Assembly: GCF_038025025.1 (NCBI RefSeq)
Contig: NW_027117340.1
Span: 620,001-684,000 of the forward strand
From: Phyllosticta citribraziliensis
Lineage: Eukaryota
DNA length: 64,000 nt
Reading direction: 5' to 3'
Below the pieces are notes generated by a model. The model made no database searches. It had not been told where the DNA came from and saw only the letters and a program-made list of their open reading frames with translations. The position numbers and the translations under genes were made by a program. Of this stretch, positions 47,622 to 60,186 are shown piece by piece (position 1 is the first letter of the stretch; the number at the start of each line of letters is the position of its first letter).

Positions 47622-50600
47622 TGATGGCGACCGGTCAGGTGTCAACATGAAGATTCCTGATTGTTGTAGCATAGATCAAGACCACGAGCCTGTCAAGAGG
47701 TCTGTGGTCAAGTGAGTCTGAGGGGGTAAAGCAATATGTAATATGTTATCGGAGTAGGTACGTCCAAGTATGACGTGACGGGACAAATGATGTTGTGTGG
47801 GGGAAGAAAGCTAAGAGGTGATGGACGATGGATGTGAGAAGAGGTGGAGGCACTAGGCTGACATATATCCCACAACGGAATGAGTATTGGGCCGGAAAGT
47901 TTATGTCTTTGGTCGTGCTCAGCTGGCCATTGTAATTATGGATTGTGCTCAGGAAAGCGCAGGGCCGCGCACGTACCGCCAGTACGTCTGTACATCCGCG
48001 TCGTTGCGCCCAGGTCCGAGAGAGCGTTTGGATTACACTCTCGGCCGGTCGAGCGATTGCCAGGGGGCATTGTAGGGTTGTTGCTTGACGACGGGGGGTC
48101 GTCGAGCCTGATCCATGGCGCAGCAGCAGAGCCAGCAAAAACGGTGCAGACAGGCCCTGACCTGGCCAAAAAGGCTATCCCAAGAGGGCGGACCCCGGGG
48201 GCGGGCATGCACAAGTGGCTTCGAGAAGCGTCGTGTCGGCTTTAGGCTGGGTTGTGCATAATTCGGCCCAGGGCTGGGCAGAGCAAAGGCTGCGAAAGAG
48301 AGCGAGACGGGTTCGGATTCTAACAAGCTCCGCGTCTGACCAAGGCTCGGACGAAACCTGATGACTGAGTGCCGCTTGTTCGCTCCCCCGTACTGTCGCC
48401 CGCCGGTTCACCTCCGCAGTACAGCAGAGTATTGACGGCGACCGCTGATGCCCGTCGCACCATGTCCTGCCCTGCCATTGTCGTGCTCGGCGACGCACGC
48501 AACGCCTGGTCGCCGCGCCCGAGATCCGGTACCTGATGCCTCAGCAGCGCGGGTCCGGAAGTGGTCTACTCGCGGGGATCGACCACAGACCAGCCGTGCC
48601 GCAGGTAATCTGATCTCTCGGTGCGGTGTTGATGTAGTCATGAGGTGATGAGGCTAGGCTGGGCGTCGTGGCGCATGGAAGAGCATCCACCGTGCGGCCA
48701 TTGGAGCTGGGGACGATGATCTGACGTAAAGTGCTGGCGAGAGGAGACGAACATGACTGATGGAGTGCACTCGACTGGCTGCTGATCGCTGATGGCATCA
48801 CATCCATCACGGTGACTTCTTCGAGGTTGCCGCGCTGTGGTCGGGTTGGAAATGGAAAAGTAAGCAGAAAAGTAGTGGCCCCCCCGGTGCCCCCCTGGCC
48901 AGACTCACCACCACGCCGTTTCGCCTATCTAAACTCCGTCTCGACACTCAAAATTTTCTCTTCTTCGTCCCTCGTGCCCTTCGCGCGCCCTCTGCTAGCG
49001 TGCGGCATTTGCGCATCCACAGCTTAGGGAGACGATGATGATCTGTACCTCTGCAGCTTAATCATCGAGCGAGTTTCGTCCGCCCCGTCGCCAAGACGTC
49101 ACAATTCTGAGCAGAGGTCTGAGGACGTCGACTCGCGCTATACGCCACTGCAGTCGGAGACTTCTCGCACCATGCCAAACAGTCGACATGTCCAACCTCA
49201 AACAACCTTTGGGTCTTGGCCAGCCAGACCACCGTGGCTGGAGCGTCTTGGCCCCTCGTTCGAAATTCGTCCGCCGTCAAGAACAAGCCCAAAGTCTATG
49301 TGCGTGAGTCAACACGCAAAACGCTCCAATTCAGCACTTCTGAGCGGTTGCGTTGTACGGCACGGTAATACTGGTGCCTTGGGCGAGCCGCATGGACTCG
49401 ACTCCTCCGCATCGGCAGGACCCGACTAGCCTCGTTCGATCCGGTCTCACGTATTCGTACAAGTGTTTGGCTTCATCGTCCGTGCTTGACGTTTCAACAA
49501 GACCGACTCCCACAAAAAGTCGACTCTGGCAGCAGAGCAGCTTTTTTGCGAGCGGGATTGAGCGAAGGCCCGTGTGACGGTTTGCGAATATAAAGTTCGG
49601 GATCGTCAGTCGAACCGAACGATGCTAAGACCGCCAAGAAACATGAACGTGTCTGCGGACCTTTTTGCAGACCGCGTGGCTGATGCGGCGCAGCTTCATC
49701 GCCCAAGACTCAAGACCTCGGGCATGTCAAAGGCGTCGCCGTGGCAGCGGAGCGGGAACTGTGCGCGCGCCCTCTCTCGCGGAGCGATGTTGCCGAGCCG
49801 AAGAACGAAAATCAGACTGCCGGCTTCCGTCTTCCGTCCGCCCACCTCTCCTTTCTTTCGACGACTGTGACTCGACGAAGCTCTCCATCTGCTGCTTTGC
49901 ACATGTTGCTGCCTTGGCTTCGCTTCGCTTCGCCACGCCACTCTGGCAAGGGGGTGCCAATCATCACGCCAATCGCCAGTCAAGATTGTCGATTCGTATC
50001 ACATCACTCGCTTCAGTGCCCTTTGCTCACGACCCATCATTCTGCTGGCCTCCACAAACGTGGCCTTGCAGCTGTGCCCTCTCTTTCGACGGGACTTGAT
50101 CCTTCAGCATGATATGTAAAAGCCACTTCAGCTTATTCCCATCCGTCTCAGACAACGCCCTACCAAAGTGCCGATGTGCCAGCGCCCATGAGCTTGTTGC
50201 GGTCAAACGGTAAGGATATCAAGCCCTCGTCATCTCCTCTCGTGGGTGGGACGATGGAATGCTTGACAGCGCCGCATTTATTGTGCATACTGACAAAGAG
50301 CCAATCGCACACCACGTTTGTCGACGTCACGCTGGCATGGTTTGGCACTTCTTACTGGTCAAAACAACTTCTCGGAGCCCTTGACAGCTCACTTGCTGCT
50401 TGACTCTATTCCTGGCCTGTCGACACCGAGCCAAAATTCTCACGATGCTTGCAGGCTCGACCAATCTCCAATCTCGCGTGGCCAAACCCAAGTTTACCAA
50501 GAGCATGATATTTGTCAATAGCCAGTCTATTCCTCGTCTTGGATCTTGTGGGGAAAGCAGGCCCACTGAATTGCTAATCACCTAGGTAGGTCCAATCTTG

Positions 50601-53600
50601 AGTCGGATTCTTCCAAGGCTGCGGAATCCTTATCCGTCCAGCTTTGACAGAAGCTTACCGATAGCCAAGAATACGCTAGTTTTTCCCTTGCTCCATCGAC
50701 GTTTTACAGAGGGGGTCCAGGACAAATAAGGTTCAAGCCGCTGCTTGTATCGGGCAAACAGGCGATGATGAGCAGAACAGTACGATGACACGATTACAAA
50801 GACGCCCATTTCCTAGGCAAAAGCTCGCACTGCCATCGCGACGACACGTGGCGTTGGTGGTCACGAACAGGCCGCTCTTCGCCGTTCGTTCCCCGCAGTG
50901 TAGGTTTGATGGCAGAGGCAACGAGCAAGGAGGTGAGCTCATGCGCATGGCGCCATCAAGGCGAAAGAGGGCGGGGGTCAAATCTGACCGCTTATCCATC
51001 GACCAAATGAACCGTGAGCGTCAAATCGCGATGAACCTCAATGGCAGAGTGCTGGAAATGGACAGGCCAAGAGCGCCTCCTATTTGCCCAGCAAGCAAAA
51101 CAGCACATACTTTGAACTGTGCACAAACATCGCGCCAATATTCCCCCCAAGAGACGGCGGCATCCACAACAGTCGTCAGGCAACGCGCAATCCTCAACTT
51201 GATCCTTATCCTTCAAACTTACACAGCCACAACCGTAAGCTCAAACATTTCAAATTCCAAAGGGCCCTAAGTCCATCCACCTACCCAGCAGTTCGGTACC
51301 GAACCTGAAGCTCTGCGCCCCCGCCAGAGTCGCCGAGTCGGTCATGAGAAGCATCGACAGAACTTCCCGGGGATTACCGTATCTTCCCGGACCGGCGACA
51401 AGACAAAAATCTGTGAGAACCTCGTTGCCGGCAGTATGCTGCAAGCCCCCGCAGTCAGCCCCGGTCAGGATATACCCAGTGGTCATCGGCGTGTCCGAGC
51501 GGAAACCCTCTCCTCGCCGAACGGTGCAGGAAGCGCGTGCAATCCGGCTGACAATGACTCTGGCTAGAATGCCTCGCTTATTGTTCTACACATGGAAGCA
51601 TCATCGCGTATTCGTAAGGCGGTGATGGTCTCCTGCCTCTGATCGTCATGACACTTCCACGACAGCGTCCAATAGACTCGGCTCTCGGGTCGCGGCTAGA
51701 AGCCGAGAAGACCAAAAAAATTGTAGATTGGTGTTTTCAACGCAGGATGCTGACTGAACCGAAACCCGAAAGCTTCACGACTCCGTCGTGACTGTAAACT
51801 CCATGTAAGTCTTTGGTTAACAGAAAGGCAGCCTGACCGGGCCGGTTCGGCAACAAGGGCTCCGATTGGCCCTGAGCTTTGGGAGTCCGGATAGGGCAGG
51901 CCTTCCACACTTCAGCCAAAGTCAAGGGTCGCATGTCGCTTTGCACAGACACACGCCCCTCCATGGTGGGGAGGCAATCGGAATAATGCTTCTCAGAAAC
52001 AAAGGAGAGAAGAAGGGGAAAGGAAAGAAAGAAAAAAACAAGTCCCCACAAAGATTCCATGCACGGCATCTGCCGCCACCACCAAGGCTTGGTTGTCTCG
52101 TGCACAATTCCCCAGTATTCGAGAACGGGCTAAGCCGCAGGGGAACGCGTCTTCCCATGTCCACGCGCTCAGGCAACGCACGCGCGACCAGGGAAACGGA
52201 CTGGGAAGTAGGGGTGCGAAGAGGAGATCACCACCAGACCACAAGATGGGATTGGCCTCTGGCAGACGGGCGGACGGACGGCTTGAGGCTCCGTAGAGAG
52301 ACGGGAAGCACGGACCACACGGATCAAACGGAGTTTAGCTCCGAACAGTTAGGAGTTTGCGAGAGTGCGAGCACCGAGCCACTTCACCCTCTCCCTCTCT
52401 CTCTCTACGCTTGCATCATCCGCCATGGCGCGACAAGCTCCAGGAACCTGCGGACCGTACCTTGTCTTCCCTCTTACACCCCACAAGTCAGGTACTGTAC
52501 GTCACTCAAGTCATGCGCCACCACCGGACTCAAACATGCTGGAAAAGGCGTGGAGACAGCGAGCGCAACGGGTCCACGTTCATGTTTTTTGGCGCAGACC
52601 CCCGGCAGAGGCTGGTTTCAGTTGCTGGGTGGACCACCTCCATTTATCAGCACCCTTTCCTAATTCAGGTATGGATGCGAACCAGACTCATTGCTTACAG
52701 CGTCACCACGATGCACAAGAGAAAGGCGAATGGTATTCTTCATGTCCAGCCGCAACGTTTTGGACACGATTGGAGCAAGGAATATCAAACTTGTTCTTTG
52801 CGTCGGCTGACCGCCGTGGTCACTGAGATTCAGACAATATCTGACGATTGCCATAATCGACCACCCTGCCACGTCGGGCGAAGGAAACGGGGCTACCCGG
52901 AATGGCATGTGCCTTGATCACGGCAAGTGCAGAGAATTGACGGCTACCTTGGTGACCGCGTCCAAGTCATTGTCGTCATACATCACCAAAGCTTCCAGGT
53001 CTATGATGTTATTCGAAGACCCCGACTTCCCCGGCAAAAGAAAGCATGCCCGCTTGCTGTGGCTAGTGATGTGAACAGACCTCATTGTGCATTCGCCCTG
53101 CAGCAAGCCAGCAGCGGCAGCCAGTGGCGACGGGAGCGGATCAAGCGAGGCTGCGGACACTACACAAGACCGCAGCGGGTAGCCTGACAGGGCATCAGCA
53201 CCGGTCGACGACGGACTGCAGCCGTTCCTGGCTCCTTTCGAGCCCTGTCGTTTGTGTCACGGACTAGGGGAAACCGTCTGCAGTGTACAGTACGAGCGGA
53301 CGCACAGACGGAGACCGACCGTCGACTAGCCCCGCCGCTGCAATGGATCATGTCGCAGTTACACGCTATTAAGAGCAATTGCGCCAACTTCGCTTCTAAA
53401 CTTCGACTTGTTTCTTTCTTCGGGTGACCTCGAGCATGGTGTTGACTCTGTTCGCGCTCCTTGTCTGCGCATCACCAAGAGCTTCCGGCCGTACAAGATT
53501 CAGTCCGCTGCTTGTCGACCACGTTTAGATGCAGACACTGGCTCCCGGGCAAGCCTGATGATCTGGCTCCTGGCCGCGGAGGGCCGCTGAGGCTAATTCT

Positions 53601-55154
53601 AAGTCTAATCACTACTCGCGTTCGCCCAATCCCGTGCTGGAGTTGCTTTCGGGACCTTGGTGACACCGTGCTTCGGACAGCGGACGGCGATAATCACGGA
53701 CCATGCATGCCAAACTCCAGATTGTATTGGAAAATCCGCCAGACTGGATTCCGGCAGTTGAGCCCCTACCGGCTAGAGCAGGTCCCGTCCGCCAACCCAA
53801 CTTAAATCTTACCTTATTCACGGCGGGCGAGGAAAGGCGGACGGATTACTCACTGCCATGCTCCATCGCGCCGTGCTCGGGACGAACAAACCGAGTCCTA
53901 CGTGTTGTTTACTGGAGGAGCTCGGGCTACTGGGAGTAGTCCCTAGGATCATGACTTGTCTCGCCCAAGCGACAGATTTGCGCCCTTTTCGTTCGCGAGC
54001 CCACATCTCGATTACTCGCTGACCCTCCCACGGCACTTCGGTGTCGGCTTCGGGCTCGGGCACAGTGCCGGCAAGCCGAAGACTTCCTGATGGTTGGCCA
54101 ACGCATCTGCGCCTCGCTCTTAATTGATATTTGTCATTGCAGGTGTGCGCGCTTTTGTTTACCTTTTTGCGATTAGCATGGTCTTTCTTTTTCGTTTTTT
54201 TATGAATCGCAAGACTTGCAGAGCAAGCGCACATGGTGTGGTGGCGCATGCTTGACCTGCACTTACGGACGTGTGCTCTGCGTCACCAAAGCCAAATTCT
54301 GGCTCCGTCGGGGATGGAACGGTAGGTACTGCCGTTGGTGGACTTGTTTTGGCGGTGCTTCCTTTCGCTCAGAAAATATTCTCGGGGGCGTCATCCTCAG
54401 ACACATTCTAAACGCCCTCTCCTATCACTTGAACTGCTAAACCATAGGATCTCAGGTTGTGGCCACTGCCCTACCTCTGCGCAAGAACCTCGCGACCTGA
54501 TGATACACAATTCTAGCCATCGATGTATGGAATGCTACATCAATGGAGGCGCATGCATAAATTCCTCGTCCGCGAATCAACGTCTTCGAGCCGCTTAAAA
54601 ACAACAGCCACATTCTCCCTCTTGATTCGTACCAATCTACACGCAATGGTCTCCACCAGCTGTCTTCTTTGCGTCTAACAAACATGGTCATTGTCAAGCC
54701 TCGTGGACTAGACCGTGTGTCTATCACTCGAACACCAGATTCCACCGCATCTTCGGCCGGAACTTGCCCTCACTGTCCATGTTCCAACACCACATCTGTA
54801 AGGCAATCTAGCATTAGTCCATCTCCTTTCTCGTCTTTCTCAATATGTCCAGTCTTCGCCAAAAGCCCGAACAAGCACGTCACCAACATCCCCTGGTCTC
54901 TGATTTCCAACCCATCTGCAGCAGACTTCTCAAACCCCAGCGCTCAAGCTCCAAACACTTGCGTCATCGGTCATGATTACCAAAACCCCCACACTACCGT
55001 ACGGCGTCGCCGAAATGTCAATCCAGACCGTCCTGCCGACTCAAGAACACCCGGCTCCCTCATTCCCCTCTCCTTGTTCTCTAACTCGCTGCACACGTCT
55101 CTCCCTCGCCCCAACAATTTCCACCCTGTCTCACATCACACCTTCGACGCACAT

Positions 55155-55481
55155 CCTCCGCGTTGAAATGGATTTGCATCTGCCCGTTTGGCCCTGTTGA
55201 TTACTGATCCCCTTCCGCCTCGGCAGTCTGCCGACAACCTAAGCTTACTTACTCCAGCCCCTACACCTGTCTCTTCTTACCTTTCGGCGTCGCCTTGTCC
55301 GTCTGTGTGGCTCGGTGACGCCGACCCCGAACTCAGATCAGTGGCCGGCATATGTTCCGGGTACGGGACAAGGCGGGAGTTTGGCGTCGGCTGGCACGCA
55401 GACAGATAGGCGGCAGGGAACCAGCGGGAGATTTGTTTTCTTCCGCGGTCAGGGGTAGGGCGGGGGCAGGGGGTGCGGAGG
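55155..55481 (+). ncRNA. Candidate long imperfect stem-loop RNA (fold-back element B)
   Basis: Nested pairs: CCTCCGC/GCGGAGG, CTGCCC/GGGCAG, 55204-55220 with 55408-55424 (14 of 17 Watson-Crick), GCCGAC/GTCGGC, ACTCC/GGAGT and a perfect 10-bp CGCCTTGTCC/GGACAAGGCG. Transcription is not shown. Confidence 0.4.
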
Positions 55482-56198
55482 TGGTTTCTCGTGTTGATGC
55501 TTTCTGCTGCTGCGACTTATCGGTGGTCGGGTTCTTCTGATGGGGCAAAAGCGTGTTGGTGTGTGATATTTCGCATTTGTGTCTGATTACATAGTAGATT
55601 GCTCTGGACGACTGTCGTTGGTCTTTGAGCAGGTAAGGGTCGTAGTGCAAGGGCTCAAGTCGCCGATTCTGTGAGTTCGATTTGTTAAGCAGCCGTCGTG
55701 ATTACCGCTCTGGAATCCTGGGAGGAAGGCGGCCACTGACAACGTCCTCACGAGGTAAATGTGGAGGAACCAGGTACCCACCACTTGCACGCATACAAGA
55801 CTTGTTCGACTCTTGGTTCTCTTCATTCCAAATCATTCCGTTTACTATGCTGCGCTCTTCTATTCAAAGTCCTCAGCCTGTCGACCAGCTCCCACCTACT
55901 CATTTGGATGATCTCCTTCCGAAATCTGTAGCGGGAATGTGCAAATGCCAGAATTTGTGCAACTAGAAACAAGCAAAGTGGAACAAAAGGAAAATACAGC
56001 GGGCTTTAATCAACAGGCCCAAAGCCAAAAGGCGGGCATGGGCCCATGAAAAGACAAAATGCAATTGAGTGGCCTGCAATCACTGGTCCTGTCACTGCGC
56101 GTACGCATGCAAGCCGGTCATGTACAGGAGGAGGATGCTGTGTCGATTCACCGTCGCTGCGACCGAATCCACCCACACACTGCTCACTCTTTCTTCGC

Positions 56199-57653
56199 TC
56201 ACCTTTCTGCTGCTGCTGCGTTCTGCCGCATCTCGGCCTCGAGCTCTGTTGCCAGTCGAGCAACTTTGGCCTCGCGCTCCTCATCCTCGGAGGCAGCATG
56301 CTTTTCAGCGCCCACGCCATTCCACGATGGGATTCCCTCGTTAGGAGGAGAAGAGGACGCTCGGGGAGGTAGACCCATGCGTGAGCGCCACCTCTCAATC
56401 CATTTCTCACGCATGGTTTCGTACAGCAGCGCGAACTGCGACTCGCCCTGCACCATCATCATGCGCTGGGTGCGCAGCGCCTCGACAGTCTCCTCGATGG
56501 GATCTTGATCATCCGGCACTTCGTCCAGGGAGCCCTCGGCCAGCTCTGATAGGAGGTGATCCAGTGCAACGAAAGTCCCGCTGCGGCCTACGCCCGCGCT
56601 ACAGTGGACTATGCGGGGGTTGCCAGGATTGGAGCAGTTCTTGGTCAAAGACAGCGGGATGAGGTTGAGTAGAGCCTCCTTGTCGGCACCTTCTGGAACG
56701 GAAAAGTCTGGCCATGCTTCGAAGAGGAGGTGCCAAACGGTCTTGGATTCGCCAGTTTTGCGGTCCTTCATCTCAAGCTCGCGGATCTTGGACCGAGTGT
56801 GCTCGTCTTCGGTGAGGGAGATCAACGTGATTTCCCAAGCAGTGCCGTCGCCGAATTCGTCTTGCTCATTTATCACCACCGTAGGCGAATCCATGTCCTG
56901 CGGATAGTACCTGAAGCATTTTTCTCGGCCAGATTCATGTGTCTGTGTCAGCATCACAACGACTGCTGGCGATGCGCACTCGTGCCAAATCATCCGCCAC
57001 ATGTGGCTGTGGGTGTTGTCGCGAGGTCCCTGCCACTTTTGTTAGCTGACCGGAGCATCCTACTGCAAGAGCATACCCACTTGAGTCGCAATGAAGTTCT
57101 TTGCGTTGCCGGTCTTGGAGCTTCTCAGCACAATCGGAGAGGCATTGATATAACCATCTTGCCCTTGCGGTACGTGTAGCTTGACACAATTGTTGACAAA
57201 AGGATCGACATTGAGATAGCGGTTGCGCTGGGATGGGACGTCTCCGCTAACGCGCACCCACTGCGCAGATGTACCATTGTTGGCTGGAGTACCAGTGTGC
57301 GCCAGGCGATTCCGCTGCTGCCATTCCAGCTCCACGAATTTCTGATGTATCTCTGCGCACTCCAAAGTCAGCCTTGCTTCTTGATAGCACCATGCGGTGG
57401 CCTCCTTTCTACAAAAGAGGATCCAAGACAACCTGCCTGTTTTTGTATGGGAGAGGAACAGAGGGATTGGCGCTTTGTCGGTAGCGGTTTCTTGCGAATT
57501 GGTTCGCGAAGCACCGCTGGCGGACGCTGGCAAGGGACCGTTTACGGAGAGCGACGATACGGTGGCGGACGAAGGTATACTTTCGTGGGAGCGTGATCTC
57601 TTCGAAGACGTCGGGGATGCTGGGACTTGGAGCGGCGGCGGCGGCGTGGTCAT
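56199..57653 (-). CDS. PTP1: Classical protein tyrosine phosphatase, Ptp1-like; 2 introns, the first GC-AG
   Basis: Motifs RNRYLNV, GYINAS, FIATQ|GP, WRMIW, VVMLT, KCFRYYP, the WPD loop (AWPDF), catalytic VHCSAGVGRSG and the Q loop LRTQRMMMVQ. Confidence 0.93.
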
Positions 57654-58260
57654 GTCGTCTTTGTTCACGGCTATGAAGCTACGGCGTTTGCTTGCGGCCT
57701 TGCGCCGAAGCTCGCGGAAGCGATGCACGTTGACGGCGGCTCGGAGTGAGGCAGCAGGCTGAGGGCGAAGGACAGGGCGGGACGAGTGATGAAAAGTGGT
57801 GGACAGCGAAGGGGCGCGGGCTCGAATATGGAGTCGCGACAGTGTCGGTATGCTCGAGGAACCGGCGCGACAGGCGTCAAAGGGCAGACAGACAGACAGA
57901 CAGGCGGAAGGTGAGTGAGGTGAGGTGAGGTATGGATGCAGTGGTGGAGTGGAGGGGCGCAAAGGCAGAGCGCGCGCGCGTAGGCTGTGGGCGGGTCCCA
58001 GCCGATCAAGGATGGCTGATAGAAGGCAATATGTCCGTCTGCCCCAGTCCGACGCCCGGCTTGTGCTTCGTGGTAGGTCGTTGAGCGAGGGTAGGTTGGT
58101 AATGAAGTCCAATGAGTGAGTGAGTGCATGAGATCAGATCCCAGCGACCAGGACTCGCGGCGACTCGAATGACGCCCGGTCCTCCACCCGGCCGCCGCCT
58201 CTCCCGCGTCCATCAAATGTCTCTCCAATTCGAACACTCACTCCACCCGCCAACACTCCC

Positions 58261-58687
58261 ATGATGCGTTGGGCCTGGTGGTACTTTGAGGTACGTTTGC
58301 AGCATCCAGCCCGTCTCGCATCTCGGCAGCGACACTGACCATGGCCTCTCTCCTGTAGTACTGGGCGACTGTTCGGGTGAGCCCCGCCTCCGCCTGCGCC
58401 TCTTGCGCTCCGCCCGACTGATCATTTGCGCACAGCTCCTCCGGAGTCCAGCATTCCACCGCTGGGTGCACAAGGTCTACCGTACCGTCTATCGCTTGAA
58501 GGATGGGCCCCCAGTCGAAGAGCTTGGAGGCACCAAGATCGATCGTACGCTGCCGACCCTGCCTTTGCACCTGCAACCCTACGTCTGACCAGGCGCTTTC
58601 CCAGGCCCCTCGCCCCTCAAACAATTCTTCAAGCATTTTGCTGCCGAAATCAAAGCCCAGCTGAGAAACCAACCCTCCAAAAAGTGA
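58261..58687 (+). CDS. 79-aa four-exon microprotein resembling the mitochondrial Mrx7 (MIOREX component 7) family; exons 58261-58290, 58359-58376, 58436-58544, 58605-58687
   Basis: The spliced product is MMRWAWWYFEYWATVRLLRSPAFHRWVHKVYRTVYRLKDGPPVEELGGTKIDRPSPLKQFFKHFAAEIKAQLRNQPSKK*. Donors GTACGT, GTGAGC and GTACGC each have a CTGAC/CTGAT branch and a YAG acceptor. The LL.SP.FHR.V motif is recalled from Mrx7-like proteins. Confidence 0.8.
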
Positions 58688-59771
58688 CGTCCGGGCGTCC
58701 ACAAACCATCAAGATCTTCACGGGATATACTGGATACGGCGTTGGATTGATACCAATACTCATCACGGGCTGTTCATTATTCGCTTGGGCTTTGCAATCT
58801 ACCTTCTCAAAATAGCCAAAACATCAATGACGGAGTCTTCGTTTGCGGTCTTTGGGTCTCGACTGTGCCTGTGTTTCGAAGGACTTGTGCGCCAGTCAAA
58901 TGCGTTCAAAGGCGTGTCTCAGACTCGCAATTGGGAAACCTCTCTGGAAAACGAGTTGGACTCTCTGCATACTCCCGGAAAGCTCTGTGCCCTTCCGAAC
59001 TACTGTTGGGTCTCTCAAAAGGGGCCAATGAAGCATTACGGTCCGGATTTCCGATACATTCCTTGGCCGCACAGCCTGCTGCCAAATGAATGCCTCTACT
59101 TTTGGTAAGGCATCATTCTATCCCCTCGAATACCGCCGACCGAGTCTTCTTTCGCAATTTGGTCGCTGTGATCTTGTCTCACTTCTCCTTGCCACTCTAC
59201 CTCGAGAGCTGTTCCCGGACTTGATTGTCATCGGCTCCGCCCATGCGTCTAGCATGTGGACCACACCTCCCTCCTCCTCCGTCCTTTCAAATGAGTTCAA
59301 ACGAGCAAATTACCTGCCCGTGAATTTTAGAGGACACGGAACCAGGCGCTGTATTCACGGGATGTGGAAGAGTCCTTCAAGATGGATTGTCAACAGCCTC
59401 TTTCCCTTCCTCTGCGACTGCTACAAGCTTCATGTAGCCATTAAAACACCCGAAACTGCATTATTCTAGCTCTGGCAACTGACAGAGGTATTCAATGAAC
59501 ATTGCTCTGCACAGTTCATGTGGAGTGGCTGCTGGAGCTAACCTGTTCAGCCAACCATGTCGTTAACGACGTCATACCTGCCCGGCTTTCGCCTCCGCCA
59601 ATTCCTAAAAGTCCCAAGGTTGATTTGAGCCCCTTGCTTCGCTTACCTGCGCGTAGAACATCAGTAATCTGAGGCCTTGAACAAGGACTGTTAAGGTGGA
59701 ATAGGCAAGGGCATTTTGTTTGAGTATATATATTATGCGCACTGCTCATGAATCATGGCAATGCACCTGAT

Positions 59772-59868
59772 GGCACAGTGCCAGAGTGGTTAATGGGTTG
59801 GACTTGAATCTTGTGCTTCGAGTGATCCAATGGCTTCGGCCTCGCAAGTTCGAATCTTGTCTGTGTCG
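59772..59868 (+). tRNA. tRNA-Ser(UGA) with a 16-nt intron after position 37 and a long variable arm
   Basis: Acceptor stem GGCACAG/CTGTGTC with G discriminator, D-loop AGTGGTTAA, anticodon stem TTGGA/TCCAA with loop CT-TGA-A, intron TCTTGTGCTTCGAGTG, variable arm GGCTTCGGCC and T arm GCAAG-TTCGAAT-CTTGT. A T5 run (Pol III terminator) follows. Confidence 0.95.
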
Positions 59869-60186
59869 CGTTCCTTTTTGCATTTTTCTTTTGCATTTCT
59901 ACCTGCTGACGTTCAGATTCTGTGACATCTTTCGCAGCTTTTGTTACCTAAACCTCTAAGCGCCAGTGAGGGCGATAAGGATTACAGCTTTTCCTCTCCT
60001 CTGTTCGTGCGTCTTAGCTGAAGCGCGCGCCACGCCTAACCCGTCATGAATGATGCTCAGAGTTGACAGATTCTGCCCTGTGCAATGTGATTGGATATGG
60101 ACTTGATGGTGCAACAAGCGGGCGGCAAAGCGGAACGCCAACATGGACTCGGATTAAGAGAAGGCAAGTCAGGCGCAACGCTGGGA

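Noticed and set aside
35400..56190. Telomerase RNA, RNase P/MRP RNA, SRP RNA or an intact transposon in the gene deserts
   Set aside because: No TAACCCTAA template, P4 consensus, terminal repeats or transposase/RT motifs were seen by eye. A covariance-model search is still needed to exclude them.
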